64,000 bases of DNA, taken from Octopus sinensis (lineage: Eukaryota). Positions 13,168-24,989 of this stretch are shown in pieces (position 1 is the first letter of the stretch; each line of letters opens with the position of its first letter). The position numbers and the translations under genes are program-made. The DNA lies in contig NC_043004.1 in assembly GCF_006345805.1 (NCBI RefSeq), forward strand, positions 90,334,001 through 90,398,000. The letters are read 5' to 3'. The notes below the pieces were generated by a model, which was given only the letters and a program-made list of their open reading frames with translations, was not told where the DNA came from and searched no databases.

Positions 13168-14670
13168 AAAACACACTTGGGGACGAAGGTCTGTTTGAAA
13201 AGGAAGAGACACCTGCATTCTCCAGTACGACAAATACTTTTACTGTGGCTTTTTGTGAGAAGAGCAAATGCTTTGTTGATGTTTTCTAGCTCAACTACTG
13301 TAAAAAGTCCAGTGCCAACCAACTGGATAGGACCATAGAACACATTATTTGTATGACAAGTGTCAATACCATCCCTTCTGAGCCAGTTAAAGGTGTTGAT
13401 ACCAGCAACAACAGGTCTATGAAGAAACTTGAACTTAATCAGACATATTCTAGGGCCCTGCCAATGTAGAACTGGCAAAGACAGTTGACAGCATGGTACT
13501 GCATCCACATGCACTGTGATACTGTTGAGAGAGCCTGGCTCTACAGGAACTGCTGGTTCTGTTGGGGTTGATCTAGTTTGCTCAAGTGTTGGCGACGAAG
13601 TGAATTCTGTGCTTGATGCTTGGACTTTGAATTGGGAATTCATGGCAGTGACGATTGAACCAGCATTGGCTTTTACAACAAAGTGGATGGCATGAGTATT
13701 TGGGATTGCCCTGCAATCAGTCCAACTTCTCTGAGTGACTGTTGATAGAGGATTGTGGAACAAAAAGTGTATGAATTTTTTTGCACAGTTTCTTGGTCAC
13801 ACTATAGAATTCTTTTGCATTTATCACAACCTCTTTATTTTGCAAAATAGATCTCCAAACTGCACACTTGACTTTGCCACTAGCACCATCCACAGGTTCC
13901 TTTCCATGTGCAGTCTCAAAAAAATAACCATGAATCTTCTGCACCAAAGTCATGCTCATGATCAAGCAACTTCGCCAGGGTGTACTTGTTTTTGAACTGA
14001 GAGCCAGCACCATCACTCCAGTCGTGTATTTTGGAGGCCTGAGTTAACTGCTTAGCCTCATTGATAACCGCTGTGTTTAAAGCATTGATACTGCACTTTT
14101 CGTGCTTCAATTCATCAGAAACAACTACATATGATGTATGCTCAAGCTCACCTTCTTCATACTTGAAGTAAGACAAAGCAGTGAAAAGAGTGACCATGTC
14201 ACTGGACCAGTGAGCTGCCATCACTTCTTTCTGGTGCTTCAGTTGAAAATTTTCTGAAAAATCTTGAATGATCACTTCACCAATTTTCAGGGTTTTTTCA
14301 GGAACTTGAGCTCTGCAAACTGCCACTTAACCCTTTCATTACCATATATATTTTGAGATGCTCTGTGTTTCTTTCAATTATTTTAAATATAAACAAAGAA
14401 TTTAATAGAATAACTTAGTTACCATTAAGCTAGTGTTAGGAACGTAAATTGTGACTAAGGTTTGGTGGAAGATTTTAATTAAAATCTTATGAAAATAAGA
14501 CATTTGTATTACAGAACCAGAGGAAGTTTTGGCCGGGTTGGTAACGAAAGGGTTAATGTTGTAAATGTGTCTTCTGAATGACTGTAGTTGCTTCACAAGA
14601 CCTTCTTTTGCCTCAGCAATTGTGCATTCCTCCAACAGCTTTCTCACTCTCTTATCTCTGCCAGTCCTAA
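13168..14670 (-). pseudogene. Decayed DDD-type transposase (DFSEN...SDG..SQFKN...HGK.PVDG family, probably Sola-like), interrupted by a MITE
   Basis: Fragments FRRHIYNI|KWQFAEL, QDFSENF..Q.EV.AAHW, VVSDELKH, WSDGAGSQFKN, FFETAHGKEPVDGASG spread over several frames. Superfamily assignment is from memory. Confidence 0.7.
14331..14552. mobile_element. TTAA-flanked piggyBac-type MITE
   Basis: TTAA|CCCTTTC(A)TTACC...GGTAACGAAAGGG|TTAA; removing it rejoins the transposase frame. Confidence 0.85.
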
Positions 14671-14769
14671 TGCACTCCTGCCTATCACATCCCATTGACC
14701 TATCCAACCCATGCCAACATGGAAAATGGGTTTTAAATGATGATGACACCTGAGCGAAATACACTAGAT

Positions 14770-14947
14770 CAGTGCTTTTCAAACTTTTTGCTGAAGCGGA
14801 ACCCCAAGGAGGCATTCCACTGGCTCGAGGAACCCCTGTGCAATAATTTAATAGTCTTATGCACACATATCTACACAGGAGAATTAAAAATTACTGCCGA
14901 TTTTAGCAGTTTTGTAACTTCTTGCGGAACCCTGATTGAAACCCACT
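14770..14947. mobile_element. hAT-type MITE
   Basis: CAGTGCTTTTCAA...TTGAAACCCACT ends with internal ggaaccc repeats. Confidence 0.6.
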
Positions 14948-16127
14948 TTCGTCTGGCATTACATTCTGAGTTCAAATTCTGCCGAGCTCGACTTTACCTT
15001 TCATCCTTTCGGGGTCAATAAATTAAGCACCAGTTACGCACTGGGGTCGATATAACTGGCTTAATCCGTTTGTCTCCTTGTCTGTCCTCTCTATGTTTAG
15101 CCCCTTGTGGGTAGTAAAGAAATAATGTTCTGAGACTGTTCTGCTTGCCTAATGCACATGTTGTAGATTTTCATGAATATGATATGTAGTGAGTTTGTAA
15201 AAATGTTAATTCACTGAGATTATCCTTGCAGCTAGAAGGAAAAAAATCCAACTATATAAGTGCTTCAAATCTAAAAGCAAAAAGCAAGAGAGGTAACTCC
15301 CATTACAATAGTTGATTGAAATCTTTCAATTCACTGTATTATGTACATACAAATCTGCAGTCTGTATATTTAGCATGTAGAGCACAGCTGAGATATTACT
15401 TCTTAGGGCCCATTCCCCCACTCCCACCCCGGTGCAAACACACTGATTTCTCCTGAATTTTGCCGACTGCTTTGAATAAGCTTCACCTATCCACATGGTT
15501 AAGAAGTTCACTTTACAACCACATGGTTTCAAGTTCAGTCCCTTTGTGTGACACTGAACAAGTGTCTTTTACTATAGCCCTAGACCAACCAACAACCTTG
15601 TAAGTGGATTTGATAGATGGAAATGAAAAAAGACCTTTGTATATATGTGCACACATATTGGCAGGGGCTTCTTTCTCCTTTGCATGCACAACAGTGGCAA
15701 ACAAGCATCACAGTCGTACAAATGATATCCCTCATTTCCAGTTCTCTATGAAAACAATGGCCATGAAGAAATATTACCCAGCTTCGAAAATAGGTGAAGG
15801 TTGGCAATAGGAAAGGCATTTGACCATAGAAAATCTACCTCAATTTCCGCCTGACATGAAAGCATGGAAAAGTAGACATTGCAGTTGATTATGATATGCC
15901 TATAGATTATTTTTTTTGGTTTGGTCAGAGGAACGAGCAGTTTTATAGAGTATTCACTTTGAATGCACATTTTATGCTTAAAGACATTTACATATGAAGT
16001 TCCCATATTATTAATCATATGCTAGGGTATTTGCATATATTTACATGAAATGAATGCAAAGGATAAAGTAGTCTATATTTTCAACTCCAAGTGTTCTCTG
16101 TTCCACTATAAATTGAGGAAAGGAAAG

Positions 16128-16357
16128 GCGGCGAGCTGGCAGAAACGTTAGCATGCCGGACGAAAAGCGTAGCCGTATTTCGTCTGGCATTACATTCTGT
16201 GTTCAAATTCCGCCGAGGTCGACTTTACCTTTCATCCTTTCGGGGTCGATAAATTAAGTACCAGTTATGCACTGGGGTCAATATAACCGACTTGATCCAT
16301 TTGTCTGTCCTTGTTTGTCCTCTCTATGTTTAGCTTCTTGTGGGTAGTAAAGAAATA
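16128..16357 (+). mobile_element. SINE family B with 23-bp TSD
   Basis: TSD actataaattgaggaaaggaaag at 16105-16127 and 16358-16380. Confidence 0.9.
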
Positions 16358-16569
16358 ACTATAAATTGAGGAAAGGAAAGTACAGGTAGAGTACTTAGTC
16401 GTGTAAAAAGTACAAGAAAACTATTTGAAGGAAGGTGAGATGGTCATCTGAAAACTTTACTACTTTTGCATTGGCTGCCTACTGGTGTTGGAAGAATGGA
16501 TCATGCATGAATCAACAGGAAGAGATATTCCCCGAGAGAAGCAGGAAAAGAAATAGCACAAATTATAAT

Positions 16570-17237
16570 TTGCATAAAAATTCTACTTAATAGAGGTATT
16601 TCAGCAGCACAGTTTGCAAAATGTTTTACTTCAATTAGGAGTAATAATAGTCAGCTATCAACTAATGCTGAGAGCGGCAGTGTTGAAATACAAGAAGAAT
16701 TGTAGAACAGTAAATACTTCTCAAAATGTTATTGGAAGTTTATCCTTGCCTCTCAAAAAATTAGGGAAACCACGAATGACTTTTTGAATGTGCTCCCAAT
16801 GTGCTTTTTGAATTGTAGCTCAAAAAAAAAAATGACATCATGCTGTATATATTATTGCCATTCAGCAAATTCCAACCCAGTCTAAATATTTCGATTCAAT
16901 TCACTCAGTAGTTGAAGTTTACAATGCTACTACTAACCATGCAATAGAATTTCTCAATTCTCTTCAACTCCTTACTGTTATTTCTTACAATATTTAACTG
17001 AGAGTAGGACCACTCTCTCTTTTACTCTTTTACTTGTTTCAGTCATTTTGACTGCGGCCATGCTGGAGCACCGCCTTTAGTTGAGCAAATCGTCCCCGGG
17101 ACTTATTCTTTGTAAGCCCAGTACTTATTCTATCAGTCTCTTTTGCTGAACTGCTAAGTGACGGGGACGTAAACACACCAGCATCGGTTGTCAAGCAATG
17201 CTAGGGGGACAAATACAGACACACAAACACACACACA

Positions 17238-17272
<35 letters not shown>

Positions 17273-17900
17273 CGACAGGCTTCTTTCAGTTTCCGCCAAC
17301 CAAATCCACTCACAAGGCATTGGTCGGCCCGGGGCTATAGCAGAAGACACTTGCCCAAGATGCCATGCAGTGGGACTGAACCCGGAACCATGTGGTTGGT
17401 TAGCAAGCTATTTACCACACAGCCACTCCTGCGCCTATATAATAACATGGCCAAAAAATTTGGAAACACAAAAACTCTCTAATTGTACAAGTTTAGCTAT
17501 TAGAGTCTTGTGCTCTATCTGATTGAAATCCCTAATTGTGCCGAGGGAGATGCCATGCAATCAACAAATCTCAGTTCCCACTCTAGAGTCCTAACCGAAT
17601 AAAATGCATTTCTTTTAGAATTGTTTGTTTTATTTGTTGCATATCGATAAGAATTACAAGGAAATATGTGTGTATATCTTCAGTCAAAAAGTGAAAATTA
17701 CCAACAGTTTCAAAATCTTCACATATAGGAAACTGGAAAACTATCAAACATCTAAACATTGTTCTCTCTCTCTCTCTCTCCACGCCCCACCCGCATACGT
17801 GTATGTAAATTAACGTGCAAAATGTACAAACTCGAAAACTTAGGTCAAATTTTAAAAAAATTTATTCGTCACCCGAGCAACACCGGGTATTTTCAACTAT
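16570..17900 (+). mobile_element. Decayed Helitron: PIF1-like helicase remnant and 3' terminus, interrupted by a SINE
   Basis: KYFDSIHSVVE..NHAIEFLNSLQ..YNI*LRVGP, then after the SINE NLETQKLSNCTSLAIR (cf. PTEFLNSL..L.LKVG..RNL..LCNGTRL). 3' hairpin acccgagcaacaccgggt plus CTAT at 17871-17900. Confidence 0.7.
17013..17436 (-). mobile_element. SINE family A (inserted in the Helitron helicase)
   Basis: Full-length family A copy. Confidence 0.9.
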
Positions 17901-18051
17901 TATAGTATGAGCGTGTGCGTAGGCGTATGTGTATACATAATTATGTATATGTGTGTAATGTATATATATGTATGTATATAAAAAATTCAGGGTGAATACT
18001 TGATAATTGTAAGCACCTGTATATGCCATTTAGTGGTGTAGGTGATAGAGT

Positions 18052-18145
18052 ATATTTATCAAAATAAAAACATGATGCAAAGGATTTAGCGGTACATATG
18101 TTTCTGGCTTCATCCTTTGCATCATGTTTTTATTTTGATAAATAT
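18052..18145. repeat. Perfect 34-bp inverted repeat with 26-nt spacer; the arm recurs near 18250
   Basis: atatttatcaaaataaaaacatgatgcaaaggat / atcctttgcatcatgtttttattttgataaatat. Confidence 0.9.
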
Positions 18146-18156
18146 GTATGTGTGTG

Positions 18157-18205
<49 letters not shown>

Positions 18206-18615
18206 ATACAACACACACATACACGATGTTAAAAATGTCTGTGATTGCTAAATCCTTTGCATCATGTTTTTATTTTGATAAATATGTATGTATGTATGTG
18301 TATATATATACGATGTTAAAAATGTCTATGTGATTGCTTCTAAACGAAAAACCAAATCAGCATTTCCTCCTATTTAATCTCCCGCGATGCTATTGTGAAT
18401 TAGATTCTCGCTTGGAAAACACCAAATTTAAAGTCATGACGAACCATTGTATGCCGCAAATACATTATAATATTACAAAGGATATTCGAAGAGCAGATGT
18501 AGTGTGCGATGTGAAACTGACTAAAAAGCCCGTGGAATCACCTACATAAACCACTAAAGAATATGTATGCGTGTGTGTGCGCGCGCACATATGTATGTGT
18601 ATATATATATATAAA

Positions 18616-19073
18616 CTAGCAGTATCGCCCGGCGTTGCTCGGGTTTGTAAGGGAAATAACTATATAAGCATTTTTAGAGAGTTATAGCCAAAAAATAGCA
18701 AAAAAAATGATGGTAAATTTTTTAAAAATCATTGACTCATCGTAGACATTTTTAGAGAGTTATAGCCAAAAAATAGCAAAAAAAATGATGGTAAATTTTT
18801 TAAAAATCATTGACTCATCGTAGACATTTTTAGAGAGTTACTTCCCTTATATAATAGCGAAAAAATGCATTAAAATGGAAAAAAAATGATGGTAAATTAT
18901 TTTTAAAATCGTAGACTCATCGTAGACGCGCGCTAATACCCAGAAGGGCTCGATATGAATCACGACTATAAGATACCCGGTTTTGGTTAAACTGCACCGC
19001 AAAATGTGGGAGTAGTTAGGAATCTAAATCGTAGGAGACAGACACCACACAACTTCACTTTTATATATAAAGA
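18616..19073 (-). mobile_element. Non-autonomous Helitron with internal ~78-bp tandem duplication
   Basis: Reverse-strand TC...CTAG; 3' end shared with the 4602 family, 5' half different. Confidence 0.85.
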
Positions 19074-19539
19074 TATATATACATACATACATGCATGCGT
19101 ATGTATACACGCACACGCGTGCTTCTAGCTTTATTAATCTAAAACAAAAGAAGCACCTTGGCAGTAAGAAGAAAGGAAGCATAGCATTTTCTTGTAGTTC
19201 ATATCAAATCACCTTATTTTTGTGTTTGCTTGCAGTTTTAATCCCTAACCCTTGTGTATTATTATATAACATTGTAACTTCTATTAGAGAATGGATGGTC
19301 TTAAATAATTCGTGTTGTTAGTTTAAGGAAGTCGGTTTCACTGTTGCTTTTAATTCGGCCATAAATATCTGCTTTCTTCATTAAAACTACCTGACAAACC
19401 TGTTTCCGTCTTTATTGCCTGATGTATTAAATTCTGTCGTTCCACCTTCTTTTGTCACCACTCCGCTTCTGATTGTTTATCAACAACCAGCACCTTATGA
19501 AATTAATAGCAGTTAGACATAGTTGTCAGTTTCGCAACA

Positions 19540-19872
19540 TATATATATATATATATATATATGGGTATTTATAAGTATGTACTTTATATATATATATATA
19601 ATATATATATATTATATATATATATACATACACACACACACACACTTACACATACATTTACTCACATAGGTACACACATTTTTTTTTATTTGTGTAGGCA
19701 TTTGTGTGTAATGTGCATTCTTTGTGTGAATTTTAAACAAATACTCATCACTGTTTTTACTAAATGTTTCTCTGTTCAGTATCATCCCTTTTGGCATTTC
19801 GATTTCGTATTTTTATGTAACACGCTTATCTCTCCCCCCTCTCTCTGGGTATATATACACACACATATATAC

Positions 19873-19903
<31 letters not shown>

Positions 19904-20150
19904 ATATATTATATATATATACACATATGCATACATATATGTATATATACATACATGTATATATACATACATGTATATATACATACACACACACACACAT
20001 ATATATATATAATATGAATACACACATATATATAAATACATATATACACACATATAAATATATATATATATATATATGAATACACATATATATAAATACA
20101 TATATACACACATATAAATATACATATAGATATAATATATATATATACAT

Positions 20151-20181
<31 letters not shown>

Positions 20182-20185
20182 TATA
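19540..20185. repeat. (TA)n/(CA)n microsatellite field
   Basis: Direct reading; similar fields at 9470-9730, 29890-30165, 31877-32250, 33670-33890 and 39870-39995. Confidence 0.9.
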
Positions 20186-20219
20186 ATACTGTTCTGTATT
20201 GAAGAGATGAGGAATTATG

Positions 20220-20290
20220 TACATTATTTACATTTGACGGATGTTAACAAACAAGATAAGGACAAATATCCGTCAAATGTAAATAATGTA
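20220..20290. repeat. Perfect 23-bp inverted repeat with 25-nt spacer
   Basis: tacattatttacatttgacggat / atccgtcaaatgtaaataatgta. Confidence 0.9.
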
Positions 20291-20306
20291 TGTATGTGTA
20301 CATGTG

Positions 20307-20362
<56 letters not shown>

Positions 20363-21569
20363 CGGTACATACACACGCACACAATACATTAGACATTAAA
20401 AATGTCAGTGATTGAACAGCCTTTTGTTAGAATATTTCTGTTGAAGTGTGCTTTGTTTATATTTAATGTTGAAATATAATGAAAAGTTTAGTAAAATAAA
20501 CTGATGTTTGAATCCTAAATTAGCATTAAATTTGGATGTGAGGTAGAATAACTTTAAAACAAGAAGTTTGTATGAGGATGAGGGTGTGGGTGGGTCTCAA
20601 CCTGTTTGGTATTCAAAGGGGAAGAGAAACGGCAATCACATAATTCGGAAGATGATTTCAATTAAATAAATTTGGCCGGAACGATGAAGTTGTAAAAAAA
20701 ACAAACAACAAAGGAAACTCAAAAATGTCACTATGGTCATACTGGACACACTTGTTTATGTCCACATCAGCCTGTTTGAGCAGACTTGATCTTCTAACAG
20801 AGACCATCCCGTCTTTTGTTTCCAGACATATCTGAAACGTTATGCAATGCTTCTAATGTTCTTCTTTACCTATTGTTTGTGGTGCGTGACTCTAAGGAAA
20901 ATTGGCTGCTACTTCTAGCAAACCATGTGCCGCGTAGAAAATTCCTTGTCACAAAGCGACTCGGTTCAGTCGGTAGATTTTTTTACAATGTTGGGGTGTG
21001 ATTGTAAAAAATTCACCGTTCTGTCTGCTTCCAACACATGTATATGTGGAATTAAATAGATCACTAAACAATTCATTCATGATTTGCTTATTCAAGGACG
21101 TTCTAAGTTCAAAACCCGCCCCAGTTGCTTTTGCCAAGTCGAATAAATTCCAAACATACTTTCAATCGACTACACACACCAGTCCTATTATTCTTACAAA
21201 TAAAGTAGCCTTGTGTGAAGTTGTAAGGCCTCAATTTTAGTTTTTGCTGGCAAAACAATGGTGAACCGTCATTCATAATTGTGCTCCGTTGTTCCATTTC
21301 GTTAACGACATTAACAATATATTGGAAGACTGCTGACAATGTCTGCAGAGGTTTTCCACGAATCTCTGTTTTTCTGTGTCAGGTCTATCGGGCTAACTGA
21401 AAGACTACATTTAATTACGCCTTTTTTTTTGTTTTGTAATTGCTTTTGCATTGTTTATTTGCGGTAATTTTTTTTTACGGGTTAATTATGATTGCCATAA
21501 ACTGATGTAAAACTTGAAGTTGTGAAAATATTTTCCTAGCCATACAAACACGCACACACACACACACAC

Positions 21570-21681
21570 ACATATACAGTGTATAAGAATACACACACAT
21601 ATATAGTGTATAAGAATACACACACATATATAGTGTATAAGAATACACACACATATATAGTGTATAAGAATACACACACAC
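21570..21681. repeat. 27-bp minisatellite x4
   Basis: atagtgtataagaatacacacacatat repeated. Confidence 0.9.
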
Positions 21682-21908
21682 CTATGTATGTTGTATTGAC
21701 AATCATTCACACATGATCACACACATTGTATGTATTTATATATACATGTGTGTATATATAAATATACGTTTAGTAATTCCAACAGGAAAACAGAACTCAA
21801 AACCTGGATGTGTGTGTGTGTGTGTGTATAAATGTACATATACATATACATTTATAAATATATATATAAACATGCATATATATGTATGTCTGTATGTATA
21901 TATGCATA

Positions 21909-22323
21909 CGAGGGGCGTTCAATAAGTAATGCCCCTGACCCACTTCCCATAGCAGTAGAGCAACGAAACTTGGCACAGTTATTAGTCTTTTTCTACATAG
22001 GAACCACCCAGAGTTACGCATTTCTCCCATCGTTTGATGCAGCTCTGGAGACCGTTTTTGTAGAAGACCCCAGCTTGGTCGTCCAACCATGACATGACTT
22101 CAGAAATCAAGGCTGCATCATCTGGGAAACGCTTTCCTTTCAAAAGCAACTTCATGGCTGGGAAGAGGTGAAAATCAGAGGGTGCAAGGTCAGGAGAGTA
22201 GAGGAGATGGGGGATGAGTTCATAGCCACACGCCTGTGCTTCTGATCTGGCGACATGCGAGTTGTGGACTGGAGCGTTGTCCTGCATGAGGAGGATGCCT
22301 TTGCTGATCTTGCCCCACCTCTT
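21909..22323 (-). mobile_element. Mariner (DD34D) element, 3' portion with one TIR
   Basis: TA|CGAGGGGCGTTCAATAAGTAATGC terminus at 21909; transposase C-terminal motifs with 34 residues between the 2nd and 3rd catalytic D. Confidence 0.9.
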
Positions 22324-23238
22324 GCTGCACCTCTTATGTGTCCATAGCTTACACTTGGTGCATCTTATAGAGTTTCTACCTATGCCTTTTCTACAGATTG
22401 AGCAGGGCCATCTACCTGAAGGGATTTGTGGTTTGCCTGCCTTCCTACATATTAGGGCTTTGGTTTTAGCTAGGTTGATTCTAAGGCCCTGAGATTCTAA
22501 CCCTTGTTTCCACACCTGAAACTTCTCCTCCAGTTCTGATAGTGACTCAGCAATTAGAGCAAGGTCATCAGCATAGAGGAGCTCCCAGGGGCATTCTGTC
22601 TTGAATTCCTCCATTATTGCCTGGAGGACTATGATAAATAGGAGGGGGCTGAGGACTGAACCTTGGTGGACCCCTACCTCTACTCTGAATTCTTCAGTGT
22701 ATTCATTGCCAACCCTCACCTTACTAGTAGCATCCCAGTACATGGCTTGCACAGCTCTCACTAACCATTCATCTATCCTTAGTTTCCTCATTGACCACCA
22801 GATAAGGGACCAGGGGACCCTGTCAAAGGCTTTCTCCATGTCAACGAAAGCCAGGTACAGGGGCTTATCTTTGGCTTGGTATTTCTCCTGCAGCTGTCTT
22901 ACCAGAAATATGGCATCAGTGGTACTTTTCCCTGGCACGAAACCAAACTGCATCTCATCCAAGCTGCCTCTCTCCCTAATCAGTTGGGCTATGACCCTTT
23001 CCGTAACCTTCATTACCTGATCCAACAGCTTGATACCTCTGTAATTATTTGTATTTAAAGCGTCACCTTTACCTTTGTAGCAGTTGACTATTATGCTGCT
23101 ACTCCAGTCTTTGGGTATGACTCCTTCGTGCATCACCTGGTTAACTATACAGGTGACTAGGCTATAGCTGACACTGCCAGATATTTTGAGCATCTCTGCA
23201 GTGATTCCTGATTTGCTGGGGGCTTTCCCTGTCTTCAT
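21982..23238 (-). CDS. Chimeric 418-aa ORF: RTE-clade reverse transcriptase plus Cys-rich finger, fused in frame to mariner transposase C-terminal half
   Basis: RT motifs NYRGIKLL, QFGF, FVDMEKAFD, QGSVLSP, YADD, then CSIC..C..C..H..C, then QDNAPVH...YSPDLAPSD (D34D) and the mariner C-terminus RWEKCV..GGSYVEK. Confidence 0.75.
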   Translation of the reverse strand: MKTGKAPSKSGITAEMLKISGSVSYSLVTCIVNQVMHEGVIPKDWSSSIIVNCYKGKGDALNTNNYRGIKLLDQVMKVTERVIAQLIRERGSLDEMQFGFVPGKSTTDAIFLVRQLQEKYQAKDKPLYLAFVDMEKAFDRVPWSLIWWSMRKLRIDEWLVRAVQAMYWDATSKVRVGNEYTEEFRVEVGVHQGSVLSPLLFIIVLQAIMEEFKTECPWELLYADDLALIAESLSELEEKFQVWKQGLESQGLRINLAKTKALICRKAGKPQIPSGRWPCSICRKGIGRNSIRCTKCKLWTHKRCSKRWGKISKGILLMQDNAPVHNSHVARSEAQACGYELIPHLLYSPDLAPSDFHLFPAMKLLLKGKRFPDDAALISEVMSWLDDQAGVFYKNGLQSCIKRWEKCVTLGGSYVEKD

Positions 23239-23251
23239 GCTTCTAATTGCC

Positions 23252-23256
<5 letters not shown>
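22324..23256 (-). mobile_element. RTE-clade LINE fragment (RT domain), truncated at both ends
   Basis: Non-LTR RT motifs; no APE endonuclease; abuts a (TATC)n tract. Confidence 0.9.
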
Positions 23257-23299
<43 letters not shown>

Positions 23300-23319
23300 A
23301 TCTATATATATATATATAT

Positions 23320-23835
23320 ACAACAGGCTTCTTTCAGTTTCCATCTACCAAATTGACTAATAAGGTTTTGGTTGTCCTGAGGCTATAGTAGAAGACACTT
23401 GCCCAAGGTGCCGTGCAGTGGGACTGAATTTGGAATCATGTGGTTAGTAAGCAAGCTACTTACCACTAGCCGCTCTGTTATTCTTTTATTTTTTTCGGCC
23501 ATGCTGGAGCACCACCTTTCAGTCAAACAAATCAACTCAGGACTTATTCTTTGTAAGCCTAGTACTTATTCTATCAGGATCTTTTGTCGAACCACTATGT
23601 TACAGGGATGTAAACACACCACCATCGGCTGTCAAGTGATGGTGGGGTGGGGACAGACACATGCAAATATACATATATACAATGGGTACTTTCAGTTTCT
23701 GTCTACCAAATCCACTCACATGGCTGTGGTTGGCCCAGAGCTATAGTAGAAGACACTTGCCTAAGTTGCCATGCAGTGGGACTGAACCTGGACCCATGTG
23801 ATTGGGAGGCAAGCTTCTTGCCACACTGTGCCTTA
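23320..23835 (-). mobile_element. Two adjacent SINE family A copies (one partial)
   Basis: Family A motifs at 23320-23467 and 23497-23835. Confidence 0.8.
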
Positions 23836-24226
23836 TACAAATACTACATAAATGTATGTCATGTATGCATATAGTGATATTTTCAAACTTAATTCATTTC
23901 TGGAATTTTATTGAATTTAACTATTGCAGTTGGAATGAATGCCACAAACTGTAGTGTTGGGAAATTGAATTTTTCTGGAAAATCTAATTGAAAGAATGTG
24001 TGTGTATGTTTATTAAACTTTTACTGGGAAAACATTTAAGGAAAACCTTGAAGGTCCAGCTTGTTCACTTTCTTTGGATAATTCTGCAAGCTGAAGTAAC
24101 TCAACCCTTTCTGTGCTCTACTGCTGTTTGAGTAACCCCTCAGTTTACTGGTAAATTGTTTTTTTTTATATTACTTGACATAAAGCAATCATATATATAT
24201 ATATATGTATATATATTATTTTCATT

Positions 24227-24462
24227 CTATTGTGTCGGGGGAGACTCATTTTCTTTTTGTGCCTTATAATTTAGCACACTCACTGGTAAAATTTCCACTT
24301 ATTTCTTAATTTTATTTTCCTAAAATTTTCATTGTGTTTTGCATGAAAAGGTTGCAAGACACAACAAAAATTTTAGGAAAATAAAAATAAGTGACAATTT
24401 TACCGGTGAGTGTATTAAATTATAAGGCACAAAAAGAAAATGACTCTCCACAGACACAATAG
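24227..24462. repeat. ~235-bp imperfect palindrome (fold-back)
   Basis: ctattgtgtc...gtgccttataattt...ttttcctaaaatttt mirrored by aaaattttaggaaaa...aaattataaggcac...gacacaatag. Confidence 0.85.
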
Positions 24463-24514
24463 GATATGCTTCAACACACAAACTCACATAAAGAAACTTG
24501 CAAACCAAAACGAA

Positions 24515-24550
<36 letters not shown>

Positions 24551-24552
24551 AT

Positions 24553-24942
24553 TACTCTTTTACTTGTTTCAGTCATTTGGCTGCAGCCATGCTGGAGCAC
24601 CGCCTTTAGTCAAGCAAATCGACCCCGGGACTTATTCTTTGTAAGCCCAGTACTTATTCTACCGGTCTCTTTTGCCGAACCGCTAAGTGACGGGGATGTA
24701 AACACACCAGCATCGGTTGTCAAGCAATACTAGGAGAACAAACACACACACACATACATATATATATATACATACATATATACGACAGGCTTCTTTCAGT
24801 TTCCGTCCACCAAATCCACTCACAAGGCATTGGTCGGCCTGGGGCTATAGAAGACACTTGCCCAAGATTCCACGCAGTGGGACTGAACTCGGAACCATGT
24901 GGTTGGTTAGCAAGCTACTTACCACACAGCCACTCCTGTGCC
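24553..24942 (-). mobile_element. SINE family A
   Basis: Full-length copy. Confidence 0.9.
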
Positions 24943-24950
24943 TATGTATG

Positions 24951-24989
<39 letters not shown>

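Noticed and set aside
17198-17482. Recurring 'RQASFSFRLPNPLTR...' ORFs (also 6355, 24717, 46452)
   Set aside because: Antisense translations of SINE family A, not a gene family.
19561-20224. Tyr/Ile-rich ORFs (also at 29.7-30.2 kb and 31.8-32.3 kb)
   Set aside because: (TA)n/(CA)n microsatellite artefacts.
22601-23020. Plus-strand 139-aa ORF
   Set aside because: Antisense shadow of the RT coding sequence.
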